Source: Xylographa opegraphella (Eukaryota). Taken from it: a stretch of 64,000 nt of DNA. Below the pieces are notes generated by a model. It searched no databases and had not been told where the DNA came from. It saw only the letters and a list, made by a program, of their open reading frames with translations. The position numbers and the translations under genes were made by a program. Positions within the stretch are counted from its first letter, which is position 1; each line of letters opens with the position of its first letter. This document shows, piece after piece, positions 46,831 through 57,634 of this stretch. The DNA lies in contig JALDZX010000023.1 of assembly GCA_022813865.1 (NCBI GenBank), forward strand, positions 248,001 to 312,000. The letters are read 5' to 3'.

Positions 46831-48145
46831 GTTATGCGGTGACGCAACCGTGCAACGAAGATCGTAGCCTCACCAGTCGTTCTCGATACTTGACCAGTTT
46901 TCGAAAGAGAGTCGTAAAGCTCAAGGCACGGCAGATGTTTATATTTGGGATCATGCCGGCAAGCAAAGACAAGCCTTGCCAGGACGATCTCGCAGTGGGT
47001 GTGAGATCGTGTTTAGCCCCTTTGCATCGTTGATTCATGACTGGCAGTTCTCAGGGAACGGTGCGGTGGTACCTGGCGGAGGCACAGGACAAGAACCTGC
47101 TCCAGTTGCTAGCTCTTGGCAGGTGTGGATGGGCCTGACAGTCTCTGGTTGGCCGTCACACGTGTAGAGACGCAATCGGTGCTCATGGTTTGCATGGTCC
47201 CGATGATGTGCGCTTGTTCCCGGTGATGGGCGTCTCAAAGGCCTGCAGAATGCGTCAGTAGTGCATCTTAGTGAGGGCTGCAGCAGGTGCCGTGCCAGAT
47301 ACACGATTGGTCTTTGGAGTCTGGGAAGCGGCCCGGTATTTAGCATGGAAGGCATGCCGACTCCTTCGAATCTCGAGATGGTAATGCTGTGCGACGGAAG
47401 GTGTGCATCCTTTGGCCTTCCCTTGACATGCATCCTTGCAGATGAGAGGCGTGGACACCATCTGGGGGCACAGCTCACCAGTACTGCGGTCTAGCGTCAG
47501 GAGAGTTCCTGGGGTTGCGATCGGAGGTTATTTTCAAGCGGTCAGACTGGGAACTGAATGTGGTTGTGCAAAAGTAGCAGAGGCACGGCATTGGCGGAAA
47601 GCACATGCGGCACAGTTTCATGATGATGCACTGATGCAGTCACGGTCTTTGCTCCTCCAGTGAAGCTCCAGTTCTGTGTATTGCAAGTCTTACCTTACCT
47701 AGTTGGGCAGGCACACCCACCAACCTATGCAGAATCGATCTCGCCGGCGCCGGTAGAAGATTTAACGACGATACTGATATCGTATAACTCTGTCGATTGA
47801 TTGATAAGCCTCTTTTCTGATTCGTCTTTTGCAAGCTAATAGTTGCTCCAACCCCTCATGAAGCAAGCCCGAGTACGTTAGTGTGCTCAGTTGTATAGAA
47901 CATGCATATCTTTCGATGAACTTGTATTGGGAATCCGGACCAGCGGAACTCACAATCCAGACCTCAAAAGAACTGCTCGCAACACCCACCATCGTGATGC
48001 AAAAGATGGCATCGACCATCCCTCCCCATTATTCTTACGACGTAGTACCAACGCTGGCCGAGGGCGATGTCACGAACAGCCTCCACCAGCTACCTTACCA
48101 GGCTCTACAGCAAGGGCGTTGGTTTTGCAGGAATTGAAGCTGCGT

Positions 48146-48159
48146 GAATGACGTCATTC
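48146..48159. promoter_or_regulatory. Perfect 14-bp palindrome GAATGACGTCATTC (extended CRE/ATF site)
   Basis: Exact self-complementary sequence in the divergent PTH11-like/Atg22-like intergenic region. Confidence 0.45.
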
Positions 48160-49330
48160 CTCCCTCTCTTTCTCTTCTGGAGCCACAAGCGTGGATAAAT
48201 AGTGGCGCCAACCGTAGATGATCCTCAGACCAAGGTGAAGTGGTCTCACCATTCATGTTGCGCGGAGAAGAACGCAGGTCTGGTCTCCGCCGCTTGTCCA
48301 CGAGTGAGTGCTCCGTTTTGATCTCTGTTGGGCGAGTGCTAGCTTACTGCCGGACCACGGCTCGGTCATGATCTACGGCGCACAATGAGTGCTTTCCTCT
48401 CCGTGGAGACAGAGAACGGTCTTCCAGACAGGACGGTCGATTCCATCATATCTCCTATAGTCTACTGGACAAAGACATCAAACATACGGTCAACGACCAA
48501 TACTTCGTTCTTGGCCCAGCCTCCGACTCGGGCCGTTGAAATGCAATTCCCAAAAGGGGGACTACCTTAGGTAGCATACTGCCGTCTGGTCAGCTTAGCC
48601 CAGTCAGCTGAGAAGCCGTCCGCCGAGAAATGATTGGATGGAACAACTGGATTGTATCAGGCCCAATGTACAATCGTACTCGTCAACTCCATGATAGCAA
48701 ATATACTGCCGTTCCGGCCGGAGCAAAGGTCGGCATCCAACAGAAAGTACAATATGCGCTGAAGTTCATAGGAATTTCATGTCGGGTTTGAAGTCTACGG
48801 GCGGAGACTGGTTATATCGAGCTTCAGACTCTTTTTTGCGGTGCCATCAATGTGGGCGTACATCTTGCCGTAGAGCATCAAATTTCTGCAGGCATCATCT
48901 TCGACCATGTTTGATATGGACGTTATTATCATCAGTCTGTTCAGTATTCTGTTCATCTATAGATAAATATGTACACAAGATATGGAGCAGATGCAGATGT
49001 GCTAACACGATCCTTTGTTTACATAATATTCTCTCAAACCTTCTCAAACATGCTAGCCTGCAGCGCGTATGTTCTGTTCCATGAAAATCCTTACCCATTC
49101 GAACGTCTTTCCATTGTTCCAACGTGTCTCAGGTTTTATTGGCCATATCTCTACTCAAAAAATATAGTCTTGCTCATGACTACAGAGTCAGACCGTCCCT
49201 CCCTCGAGAAAACACTGTGAATTACTGAATCGTGTTGAATCCTTGACATCTATTCATCACCGAAATCACCGCTGCGTTTCGGGTACTACTGCAGCCCTGG
49301 AACTATAATCCGTTGGAACACCGGTGGTCA

Positions 49331-51186
49331 ATGGATGCAGCCATGTTCGAACACATGTCAGCTGCTACCGACGAACCAACTGCCAGGAATGAGAAGAAGC
49401 CCGAATATTTAGTAAAGGAGAGTGGAAGCGAAGACATACCTTCGGAAAATGTCATCGAGCCCGCAGTGTCAGTGCTTAGAACTCGGAAAGCCTTTCTTGC
49501 TTATCTCCTACTGTGCTTCTCGGTACGTGAATTTGAATCACCACAAAAGTGGACATCAGCGTGTCAGTGACTAAGCGGACGCCAAATTTGCCAGACCGGT
49601 CCTACAGGCTCAATGGCCAGCAGCTATATCCCTGTTGTCCTACAGTCAATGACAAACCTCCTCGGACACAGGCCAGGGAGTTCAGCACGTTGTGCTACTC
49701 AGGGCCATATCGAGTGTCTGATACGTTTTGGTAGTCAAGACATTGATTACAACAGCTATGTGTGAGTCCTGGGTGACTCACAACAGCCAGTCTTTGATTG
49801 ATAAATTTGGACAGGTTGTATCTGCAGGCAATAGCCAGAGCTCTCCAAGGGGTATTTACAATCATCCTCACTGGCGTAGCTGACTACTCTAACTATCGAA
49901 AACGAATCATGCTCTCCTGCATTCTCATATACGGCGCGCTGGCTCTGCCATATGCGGGACTATTCAATGATTCATATACTGTCCTCACCGTCAGCGCTGT
50001 ATTGTTTGCCCTGATCAACACTGTTCAGGGTGCATACGGTGCTTTGGAGTTCTCGTACATCCCGCTCTTCATGCGAGCCGCAGCAATTTCTACCACAACA
50101 TCGCAAGCTCTGCATAGTCAGATTCACGAAGACTCGATCTCCAAACCTGAGATAGAAAGGCAACCTTTCAACAAAGGTGTCCAGGTGGCGGTTTCTGCAT
50201 TGGTGGTTGGTAATGTCGGCAGTCTCGTTGCACTGTTGATTGGCGTAATCATTACTTATGCTCGACCATCAACTGTGGCCGCCAGCTATCACAGGTATGT
50301 CGATGGCCACCTTATAGGACTGGGACGGTCTGATAACTAGCCAGTTTCCTCATCGCTATCACCGTGGCTGGTGCAATGACCGTGATTTTGGGCTTTGTTG
50401 CGGGCATATTACTGCCTTCTGTGCCCGGAAAACGCAGACAATCATCCAACCCACTTCTCCCTTTCCACAACTGTACGTCCAAAACTCAGATCACGCCCCC
50501 TTGAGATTATGTCGTGCTAATAAGTCCACCCTCCGTCAGGGCTCCGCCTCCTCGGCAAAATCCGGCAGTACCCCGAACCGTTCAAGCTGTGCGCGGGTTG
50601 GATCCTGTGGAACACCGGCTGGGCCAACCAGCTCAGCCTCATCGGCCTCCTCTTCCGCGAAGTGCTCGGCCTCAACACCTCCAGCGGCGTCTACACCACC
50701 TGGACCTTCACCTCCGTCATCTTCGCCACCCTCGGCTCCCTCGCCTGGCTGTACGCCTTCCCGCGCACGCGCCTCGGCCTCAAGGCCTGGGCGTACGTCT
50801 TCCTCGGCGTGCAGCTCTTCTGCATCGTCTGGGGCTGCATCGGCATCAGCAACAGCGCGGCTGTCGGCTTTAAACACGCTCCCGAGTTCTGGGTCGAGCA
50901 GGCCCTCTTCATGAGCAGTTCGAGTGCGCTGCGCGCGCTCAACCGCATGCTGTATGCCTCTATGCTACCGCGCGGCAGCGAGGCGCTCTTCTTCGGCCTC
51001 GAGATCGTGCTCGACCTCGCTACCGGCTGGATCAATCCTTTGCTGCTCGGGACGATCCAGAACGCGACGCATAACTTGAGGTTCCCGATGGTGATCAATG
51101 CGCTGCTGGTGCTCGTGGCCGTGGGCTTCTACGCGTGGGTGGACGTGGGCAAGGGGGTCAGGGACGCGGAAGTGGATTATGAGTGA
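49331..51186 (+). CDS. Atg22-like MFS vacuolar efflux transporter; 4 introns
   Basis: IDYNSY|LYLQAIARALQG..GVADYSNYRK, SYIPLFM, YASMLPRGSEALFFGLEI, TIQNATHNLRFPM, WVDVGKG. Confidence 0.85.
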
Positions 51187-51874
51187 TGATGATGGGCAGA
51201 TGGGATGGATTTGAAGGGTGTGTAGAGTCGAGGTGTAAATGATGCTTTTGGAGTGAGCGTTCTGCTGGCCCTGGACGACCTGTTACTGTGGGTTTTCCTA
51301 CCAAATATACATACTGGCCGACTACTACCCATTGAGTATATATAACTGACCCTCCACTCTCACATCCTCCACAACTCCCCCTTCTTTGACTTAATCAGCC
51401 CTCAAAAGCATAACTCAAAAAGTTGCACCACCCCACCCCGTCCCATCCCATTCATCCCATCGCGGAAGCACAACCCTTCCCATCACAACGCCGCTCCCCA
51501 CCCTGTCAGGCTGTCACGCACTTTCTGTTACAACCCCCACTCTGCCACGATGCCGGCCATTTGCTCGAGCCTTTGATAGAGGTACAGAGAGAGGCGCGAC
51601 GAGAGATCCAGCTTCGCGACGGCTGAGAATAAGGGGGCGTTGGAAGTCGGGTTAGGGGAGGAGTAGGGTCGCGCTCGGGAAGAGTGGTAGGTAGTAGCCA
51701 TGTGATGGATCTGCTGATATACCAGTATAGCAGAAACCGTGCTTGAGAAACAGGCATTTATGCATACAGACGGACAGAAATGAACACAACATAAGTTTCG
51801 GCTATTCATAGACATTATTCTATAACTGTAAAACTACCAACCAAAAGCCATGGCCAAACCCGCTCTGATCGGAA

Positions 51875-53185
51875 TCAAACCACATACAGCGCAGTAGCTT
51901 TAGTCCCGTTCCCCGGCAATTTCGATCTCAGCACCGCCCCCGGAAACGTCCTCAGATCGGTGCCGTTGTTCCACTGCGCCTGATAGGGCAACTGGTTGAT
52001 GTTGTAATAGATATAGCCGTCCGAACAGACGCTCATGGAGTCTGCCCAGAGGATTCTGGGGTCGCGAACGTAGAGCTCCGCCTGTAAGGTGGACGGGTTG
52101 TAGATGTTGATGGCGTTTTGCTCCGGCATGGACATGTAGACTAAGCCGTTGCTATCGCCCTCGAACCCGTTGGCCTGTCCACCGCGTTGTCCGAGGCTGG
52201 ATACGTTGTTGTGAGCGGCGAGCTCGGCAAGGGGATCTTGAGGACGCTGGAGCAGGTTGTATGTTGGTACGCTATACATGTAGTCGGATGTCAATGGCGA
52301 GTAGTACATCGTCTTTCCATCCGTGCTCAACTGGATACCATCCAGCCCTTCTGGTTGCCATTGGATTGGCTGCCCGATCTGCTTGAGGTAGAACGGGAAG
52401 CCTTGGTAGGAGGGCACGTTGTTTGGGGTTCGGAGTACTGAGGGGTCTTGCGTCAGACGGCGCCACGAATCCCCTGTGCCGAGATCGACGATGATGAAGC
52501 CATTGCGACCCTCGTTGCTGCTGTCATTGATATAGGCCACTCCTTTCCCTGTACTGAAGGGCACCTCGCTCTCGTTTCGAAGGTCGAACCTCAGGTCATT
52601 CATGTACGAGTCTGGATAGTGCACGCTCGATGGGAACGTGTATGTCTGATAGATGCTATTGTTGGCAATATTTATTGCAACGAGTTTTGGCCCACCCGGT
52701 TGTGCATACGGCATTGTCGGAGCACCTCGGGCGTCCATTATCGTCGGCCTGCCAGTATCCAGCACCCACAGAGTTTCAGGTCTGGAAGCAGTAGCTGTGG
52801 TGATGTACAGAGCCTGAACGGAGACGAAGGCGCTTGCATTGGCGCTCCCAAATTGGATGCCATTGAAAGTAGTGTTGAGCTCTGACACCGGTAGATTCAA
52901 CGCCTGACTTGGATACGCAACTTCCGCCGTCGTATTGACGGTGACGCCGAGGGTGTATGCCTCCGTTCCTCGGGTGTAGCACACGAAGATGCGGCCATCC
53001 GAAGCGGCGGCCAATCCAATGGGCCATTGATTGTAATAGTAGTGGACTTCTTCCACGGGACCATTTGGTGCGTAGGAGCCATTGTCCACCCGGAGGATGG
53101 TTTGAGAGGAGTTTTGGAACGTGACTTGAGCTTTGATCACGGAAACAAAGGCGAGGAGGCCGGCGACGGTAGAGAGTAGCTTCAT
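51875..53185 (-). CDS. Secreted major royal jelly protein (yellow/MRJP) family beta-propeller
   Basis: Signal peptide; LWVLDTG, GGPKLVAI, YMNDLRFDLR, GRNGFIIVDL, DGIQLS.DG..MYYSPLTS, DPRILWAD. Confidence 0.93.
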   Translation of the reverse strand: MKLLSTVAGLLAFVSVIKAQVTFQNSSQTILRVDNGSYAPNGPVEEVHYYYNQWPIGLAAASDGRIFVCYTRGTEAYTLGVTVNTTAEVAYPSQALNLPVSELNTTFNGIQFGSANASAFVSVQALYITTATASRPETLWVLDTGRPTIMDARGAPTMPYAQPGGPKLVAINIANNSIYQTYTFPSSVHYPDSYMNDLRFDLRNESEVPFSTGKGVAYINDSSNEGRNGFIIVDLGTGDSWRRLTQDPSVLRTPNNVPSYQGFPFYLKQIGQPIQWQPEGLDGIQLSTDGKTMYYSPLTSDYMYSVPTYNLLQRPQDPLAELAAHNNVSSLGQRGGQANGFEGDSNGLVYMSMPEQNAINIYNPSTLQAELYVRDPRILWADSMSVCSDGYIYYNINQLPYQAQWNNGTDLRTFPGAVLRSKLPGNGTKATALYVV

Positions 53186-54303
53186 TATAGTCAGTGAGTG
53201 TATGGAGAGGCACAGAGCGCAAGCAAGATACCTCGCAGCTTCTTCCGTTTATATCGACCCGGCAGTGAGCCAAAGTTCTTCCGTGCTAGTCACAGATGCG
53301 GCGGATGACGAAACTCGATACGACTCTTACGAGTACGTCATTTGTCGGTCTGGACAGCGTTGTGGATCAATGTGGGGAAAGAAGAAAGATCGATGGGGAC
53401 GAAGGCATTATTGGAGGTTAATTGGAGGTTAAACGTCGGACCGTTGCAGACCGGCCTGTTCCCCTTGCATGTCAGTTGCTTCTGGCTATCCGGCACCTCG
53501 ATTACGGGTTTATTTTGCCAGATGCTTGCTGCCTTCAGCAGCTGTCGATTTCGTGTGTCCGTCAAGCGCATGCCGACTCAAAGACTCTCCTCGCGTTCGA
53601 GTTAGAGTGAGGTTACCTCCGTATTGCCGAGGGGAAATCCGTTGCCATCATTCCGAGCTTCGGGAGCTTCACCGGAGGGTGCTCCGTAGCTCTTGCTTGA
53701 TCGTTGTAATAACGAAATGACTTCATACTTCTAAGAATAAATAAACCACCCACCAAAAAGACGAGGATTCTCTCATTATTTGCCGTTTCCACTCAGGCAG
53801 ATATTCGCACCGCGGACAGATCCGGGCGGGCGCCGCCCGAGCCCTTCCGGGTCACTCGCTCAATATTCCCAGCCACTCCTTGTCCACTAAGCCTACTCAA
53901 GCTAAAGCTACTTCATGCCCAGCCACCGCCAAGCCGAAAGATGGCATTCTTGGGAGGACTCTTGGCACCGTCAGGAAACACGTTCGCCCTCAAACCACTT
54001 GCGACATCATTCTTGTCTTGCCTCAGCCCCGTGTGCAGGCCATCTTTCCTCTATCCTCTGTTCTTGGACATGCTTCATCTGCTTCTCCCTTCGTCCGTTT
54101 CGGCCTCTGAGTCCTGTACCATACTTCCATTCGTATCGCGCATCCGTTAGCCGCGAGCGCATTGAGCACCTCTTTCCGGTCCGGGTCGAGTGTTTCGTCA
54201 CCACCCAGCGCTCTGTTACGGCGCACAAGAGACGCAAACTCGATCCACATTACCAGACACTCAATTTTTGTCTCGGGACCACGGCGTCGACTCACACCGA
54301 GCC

Positions 54304-54945
54304 ATGGCTCCTATACCGCTACCCTCCCTATCTACCTCAACAATACATTGGCCGCGCGCCGTGTCAACTTCCCTACAACGGCTCTCCTCTCGATTCTTGT
54401 CACCATTCTCGAAATCCGCTATCTTCCGACCTCTAATCTGCACCGTGCCATCATTGGTACGCCGCCAGCAAGGGGTGTTTCCCATTCCTGCCAGCTATGC
54501 CGGCCTCGATGCGGGGCCCGATCCTGGGACGGTGGTCGGCATCACCCTCGGCTCCGTCGCCGGCTTCCTCCTCATCCTCTGGCTGATCTACACATGCTTC
54601 AACATGGGGAGTGGGCTGGGGAATAGCGGCATAGTCGCCGAGGAGGTCGTCAGTCGGCGCTCTATGTCGCCACCGCGCCCGAGGAGATCGCGTCCGTCGA
54701 GAACGAGAAGCCCCTCTCGCAGTGAGATGTCGGAGGTCCGAAGTCCACCACGACGCGAGCGCCGAGAAACGGTCATCATCGAGGAGACGAGGCGACCGGC
54801 AGAGCCGGAAGATGACATTGTCGAGGTCATCGAGGAGCATTCCCCGCCGCGAAGAGTGAGGAGTCAACGGGTGAGTGGATACAGAACCGTGGATCCCGAT
54901 GCCTACGGCGGCGGGGAGAGGCCGTTGCGGAAGGTCCGGCGATAA
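54304..54945 (+). CDS. Single-pass membrane protein with Arg/Ser/Pro-rich cytosolic tail
   Basis: IPASYAGLDAGPDPGTVVGITLGSVAGFLLILWLIY followed by RS-rich, EDDIVEVIEE and SGYRTVDP segments. Confidence 0.8.
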   Translation: MAPIPLPSLSTSTIHWPRAVSTSLQRLSSRFLSPFSKSAIFRPLICTVPSLVRRQQGVFPIPASYAGLDAGPDPGTVVGITLGSVAGFLLILWLIYTCFNMGSGLGNSGIVAEEVVSRRSMSPPRPRRSRPSRTRSPSRSEMSEVRSPPRRERRETVIIEETRRPAEPEDDIVEVIEEHSPPRRVRSQRVSGYRTVDPDAYGGGERPLRKVRR

Positions 54946-56263
54946 GGCTGACTGGTGGGAAAGGTTCGAAGATATGATTGAGGGACGACGGAGAGTTTGG
55001 GAGGGGATCAATACAAGAGTGAGCGTCAGTGATGGCATTGGTGGATGCGCATCGACGAGTACCGTTCCTGTGGTTGGATCACAGACATTCCAGAGGATTA
55101 GGGATATAGGTCTTGTGGTTGGATCACAATTCCAGGGGAAAAGGGATACAGATGGAGCTAGGGTGGGGTATTTGCAGACACGGTCATACCGACGGAGTTA
55201 GATACCACGATTGGCCTTTGAGCCATAGCGGCGCCATGGGATGTGGGATGGGTTCTGACAGGTATCTCATATATATGCTACTCAGCATGGCGTTCGAGAG
55301 TTCGCGGAAGAATATGATGGAGAGTGGAGCGGCCACGGGATTTTGGCAGATGTTGATATTGTCAGAAGCCATCACAGCAATCTTGATCGTTTGCTTCGTT
55401 TCTTGATGAACGTGTTTATGGAACTCTACTAATTCCTATCGTGCTCCGGCTTACTATACTTCGTACGTGAAGCTGTTACACACTAAACAGTAATAATTTG
55501 TCTATCAGCTCTATGGCTTCTTCGTATATGACCATGTCAACGTCAACATATCCCACGAGTCCTGTAAAGGCCGACATATCCATCTACAGTAGAAGCCATA
55601 ATCGCCACGGAAGTTTGGTGGAACGACAGACGTTTCATCCTCATAGCACACCTCCATCAATCACTCGACGCTTACGCCGTACGAACGATTCTCAATAACC
55701 TAACAGAGCCCTCTTTCGCGAAGACAGTTGTCAATTGACCTTAAGCATTTTATAAAAATTTTGCTACTGATACTCCACTTCGGGTATATATCTCTACCAA
55801 GCATTCGTCATCTCAGCCGCCACCTCGGCCCGGAAGCACGAACTCTCTTTCGGCGCGGCATCGACGCAAGCGCCTACAAGTGAGGCTCTCACCGCATCAG
55901 CTGCACCCTCCTTTCCGCAACCTCTTTCCCGCAGATAGCTTTCCTGTATAATTATAACCTCCTCATACTCAACCACTTCCTATAAAGGTCAACCTCCTAC
56001 GTGCCGCCACCGATCGCGACATTCCCCAGACTCGATTGGTCTTCGCATAAGCTCAGGCCTGCTCCACCACACAGCCTACCCCTACCGCCACCCAGCGCAT
56101 TCTCCAGCGGCCGTCTGTGCTTTTGCGGAAAAAACAGTTTTTACAATCATCTCGAGCGCGAGCAGTCAGGCTGCATCAACCCACCCCGACCGCGATCCCC
56201 ACGTCTGCGACTCTACCATCGAGTCGTGCGTACTTCCCACCGACGGGGAACACATCGCCCAAG

Positions 56264-56815
56264 ATGTCGAGGCCATACGTGAGTCCACCTTTCCTCCTTC
56301 GTCTCCCCGTCTCTGCGCCAACAGCGAAACCCCCACCTCAAAACAATTCCACTCCACCCACTCCCCATCCGGCAAAACACCTCCCCCTCTTTCCACTCAC
56401 TTCTCACAAGCTGACCTCCCTCCAGGACCACAGTAGCCCCCCCGCCTACCCGCCCCAAGCGCACTACGACGCCGGCCCCCTCTCCTCCTCCAGCCCCTCC
56501 CCCTACAACGCCTACGGCGGCTTCGCCCACCCGTCCAACGACCCCCGCTCCGCGCCCCAATACCCCGGCTCCCCGGCCCCGCAAGCCTACTACGGCAACA
56601 ACAACAGCGGGCCCGGCTACGGCCAGCCCCAGGGTATGTACTACGGCCAGCCGCAGCAGCAGCCGTACATGTACGGCGGTGGCTACGGGGGCTATGGCGC
56701 GCCCGGAGGCGGGTACTATGACCAGCGGGGGCATGGCGGCGGAGCGGCGGAGGGGGTTTGTGCCGGCTTGATGGGCGCGTTGGCTTGTTGTTGCTGTTTG
56801 GACTTTTTGATCTAG
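56264..56815 (+). CDS. CYSTM (cysteine-rich TM module) protein; intron 56279-56425
   Basis: P/Q/Y/G-rich body ending GVCAGLMGALACCCCLDFLI. Confidence 0.92.
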   Translation: MSRPYVSPPFLLRLPVSAPTAKPPPQNNSTPPTPHPAKHLPLFPLTSHKLTSLQDHSSPPAYPPQAHYDAGPLSSSSPSPYNAYGGFAHPSNDPRSAPQYPGSPAPQAYYGNNNSGPGYGQPQGMYYGQPQQQPYMYGGGYGGYGAPGGGYYDQRGHGGGAAEGVCAGLMGALACCCCLDFLI

Positions 56816-57634
56816 GGGAGAGCGGGGTGACGGGGAGTGGGGAGGTTGTGAAGCGGGTGAAGGGACAGGGGGATAGTGAGAATCGGAACAGAGCAGGCAC
56901 GAAGTCGACACGGTCGTGGTGCGTGTATCAACGAAGGGTGGCAGTCGAGAAAGGGGAGGCGAGCGGGAAAAGAGATACGGGTCAACCATACACTGCCGAA
57001 GGAAGTGCCCACAACGGGCGCTGTGGCATCTCCCTCCGCACGAGAGACGTACCCGGTCACACGGGACTGGCCCGCTCCGACCTACTGTATCTACGCGTCC
57101 AAGGCCCAGGCGCAAATTCGGCCTTTTGCTGTGTTCCAGCGAGCTGCGCCTCCATTGTTATTGTATTTAGGGTTCATGGAAGGAGAGTGCGTTTGGCGTG
57201 CCGTTTAGGCGCTTTCGGGTCGTGTATGTAAAAGAGCAAAGCTTTGGGGCGGTGGAGAGGTGTATAGTAGAGAGTGAAGGAAATGTCTGTCTTCTGTGTC
57301 GCTGGAGATGGAGCTTCCGTATTGGAGATTTCTATTACGTTGGAGACCATTGTCCACGTTGAAGATCACCGCGCGATATTGGTTCTACGATCCTGTACTT
57401 CTATCATCGTGCTACATCTTTCTAGCTCTTTGCTTGCCAGAGCTGTTTTTTGCCCTTCGGTAGAATAAGTATGTCAGACTGGAACTGACGGATCCAGCAA
57501 TGGCGACCACTTATCATAGTATATACATTCGGGCTTTTGAAACAACCGACGCGTAAACCTCGCGCACCAGGATGTCCAAGCAATCGATCGAAGCACAGCT
57601 TTTAATGGCAAGACTGGCAAGTTCGTGCACATAG

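Noticed and set aside
51430..51815. Minus-strand fragment ..KLDLSSRLSLYLYQRLEQMAGIVAEWGL*QKVRDSL
   Set aside because: Looks protein-like and may be a gene relic, but I cannot assign a family without a search.
21189..56425. Several stop-free 3n introns (21189-21242, 21945-21992, 56279-56425)
   Set aside because: Expected by chance for short, GC-rich introns; no evidence of retention.
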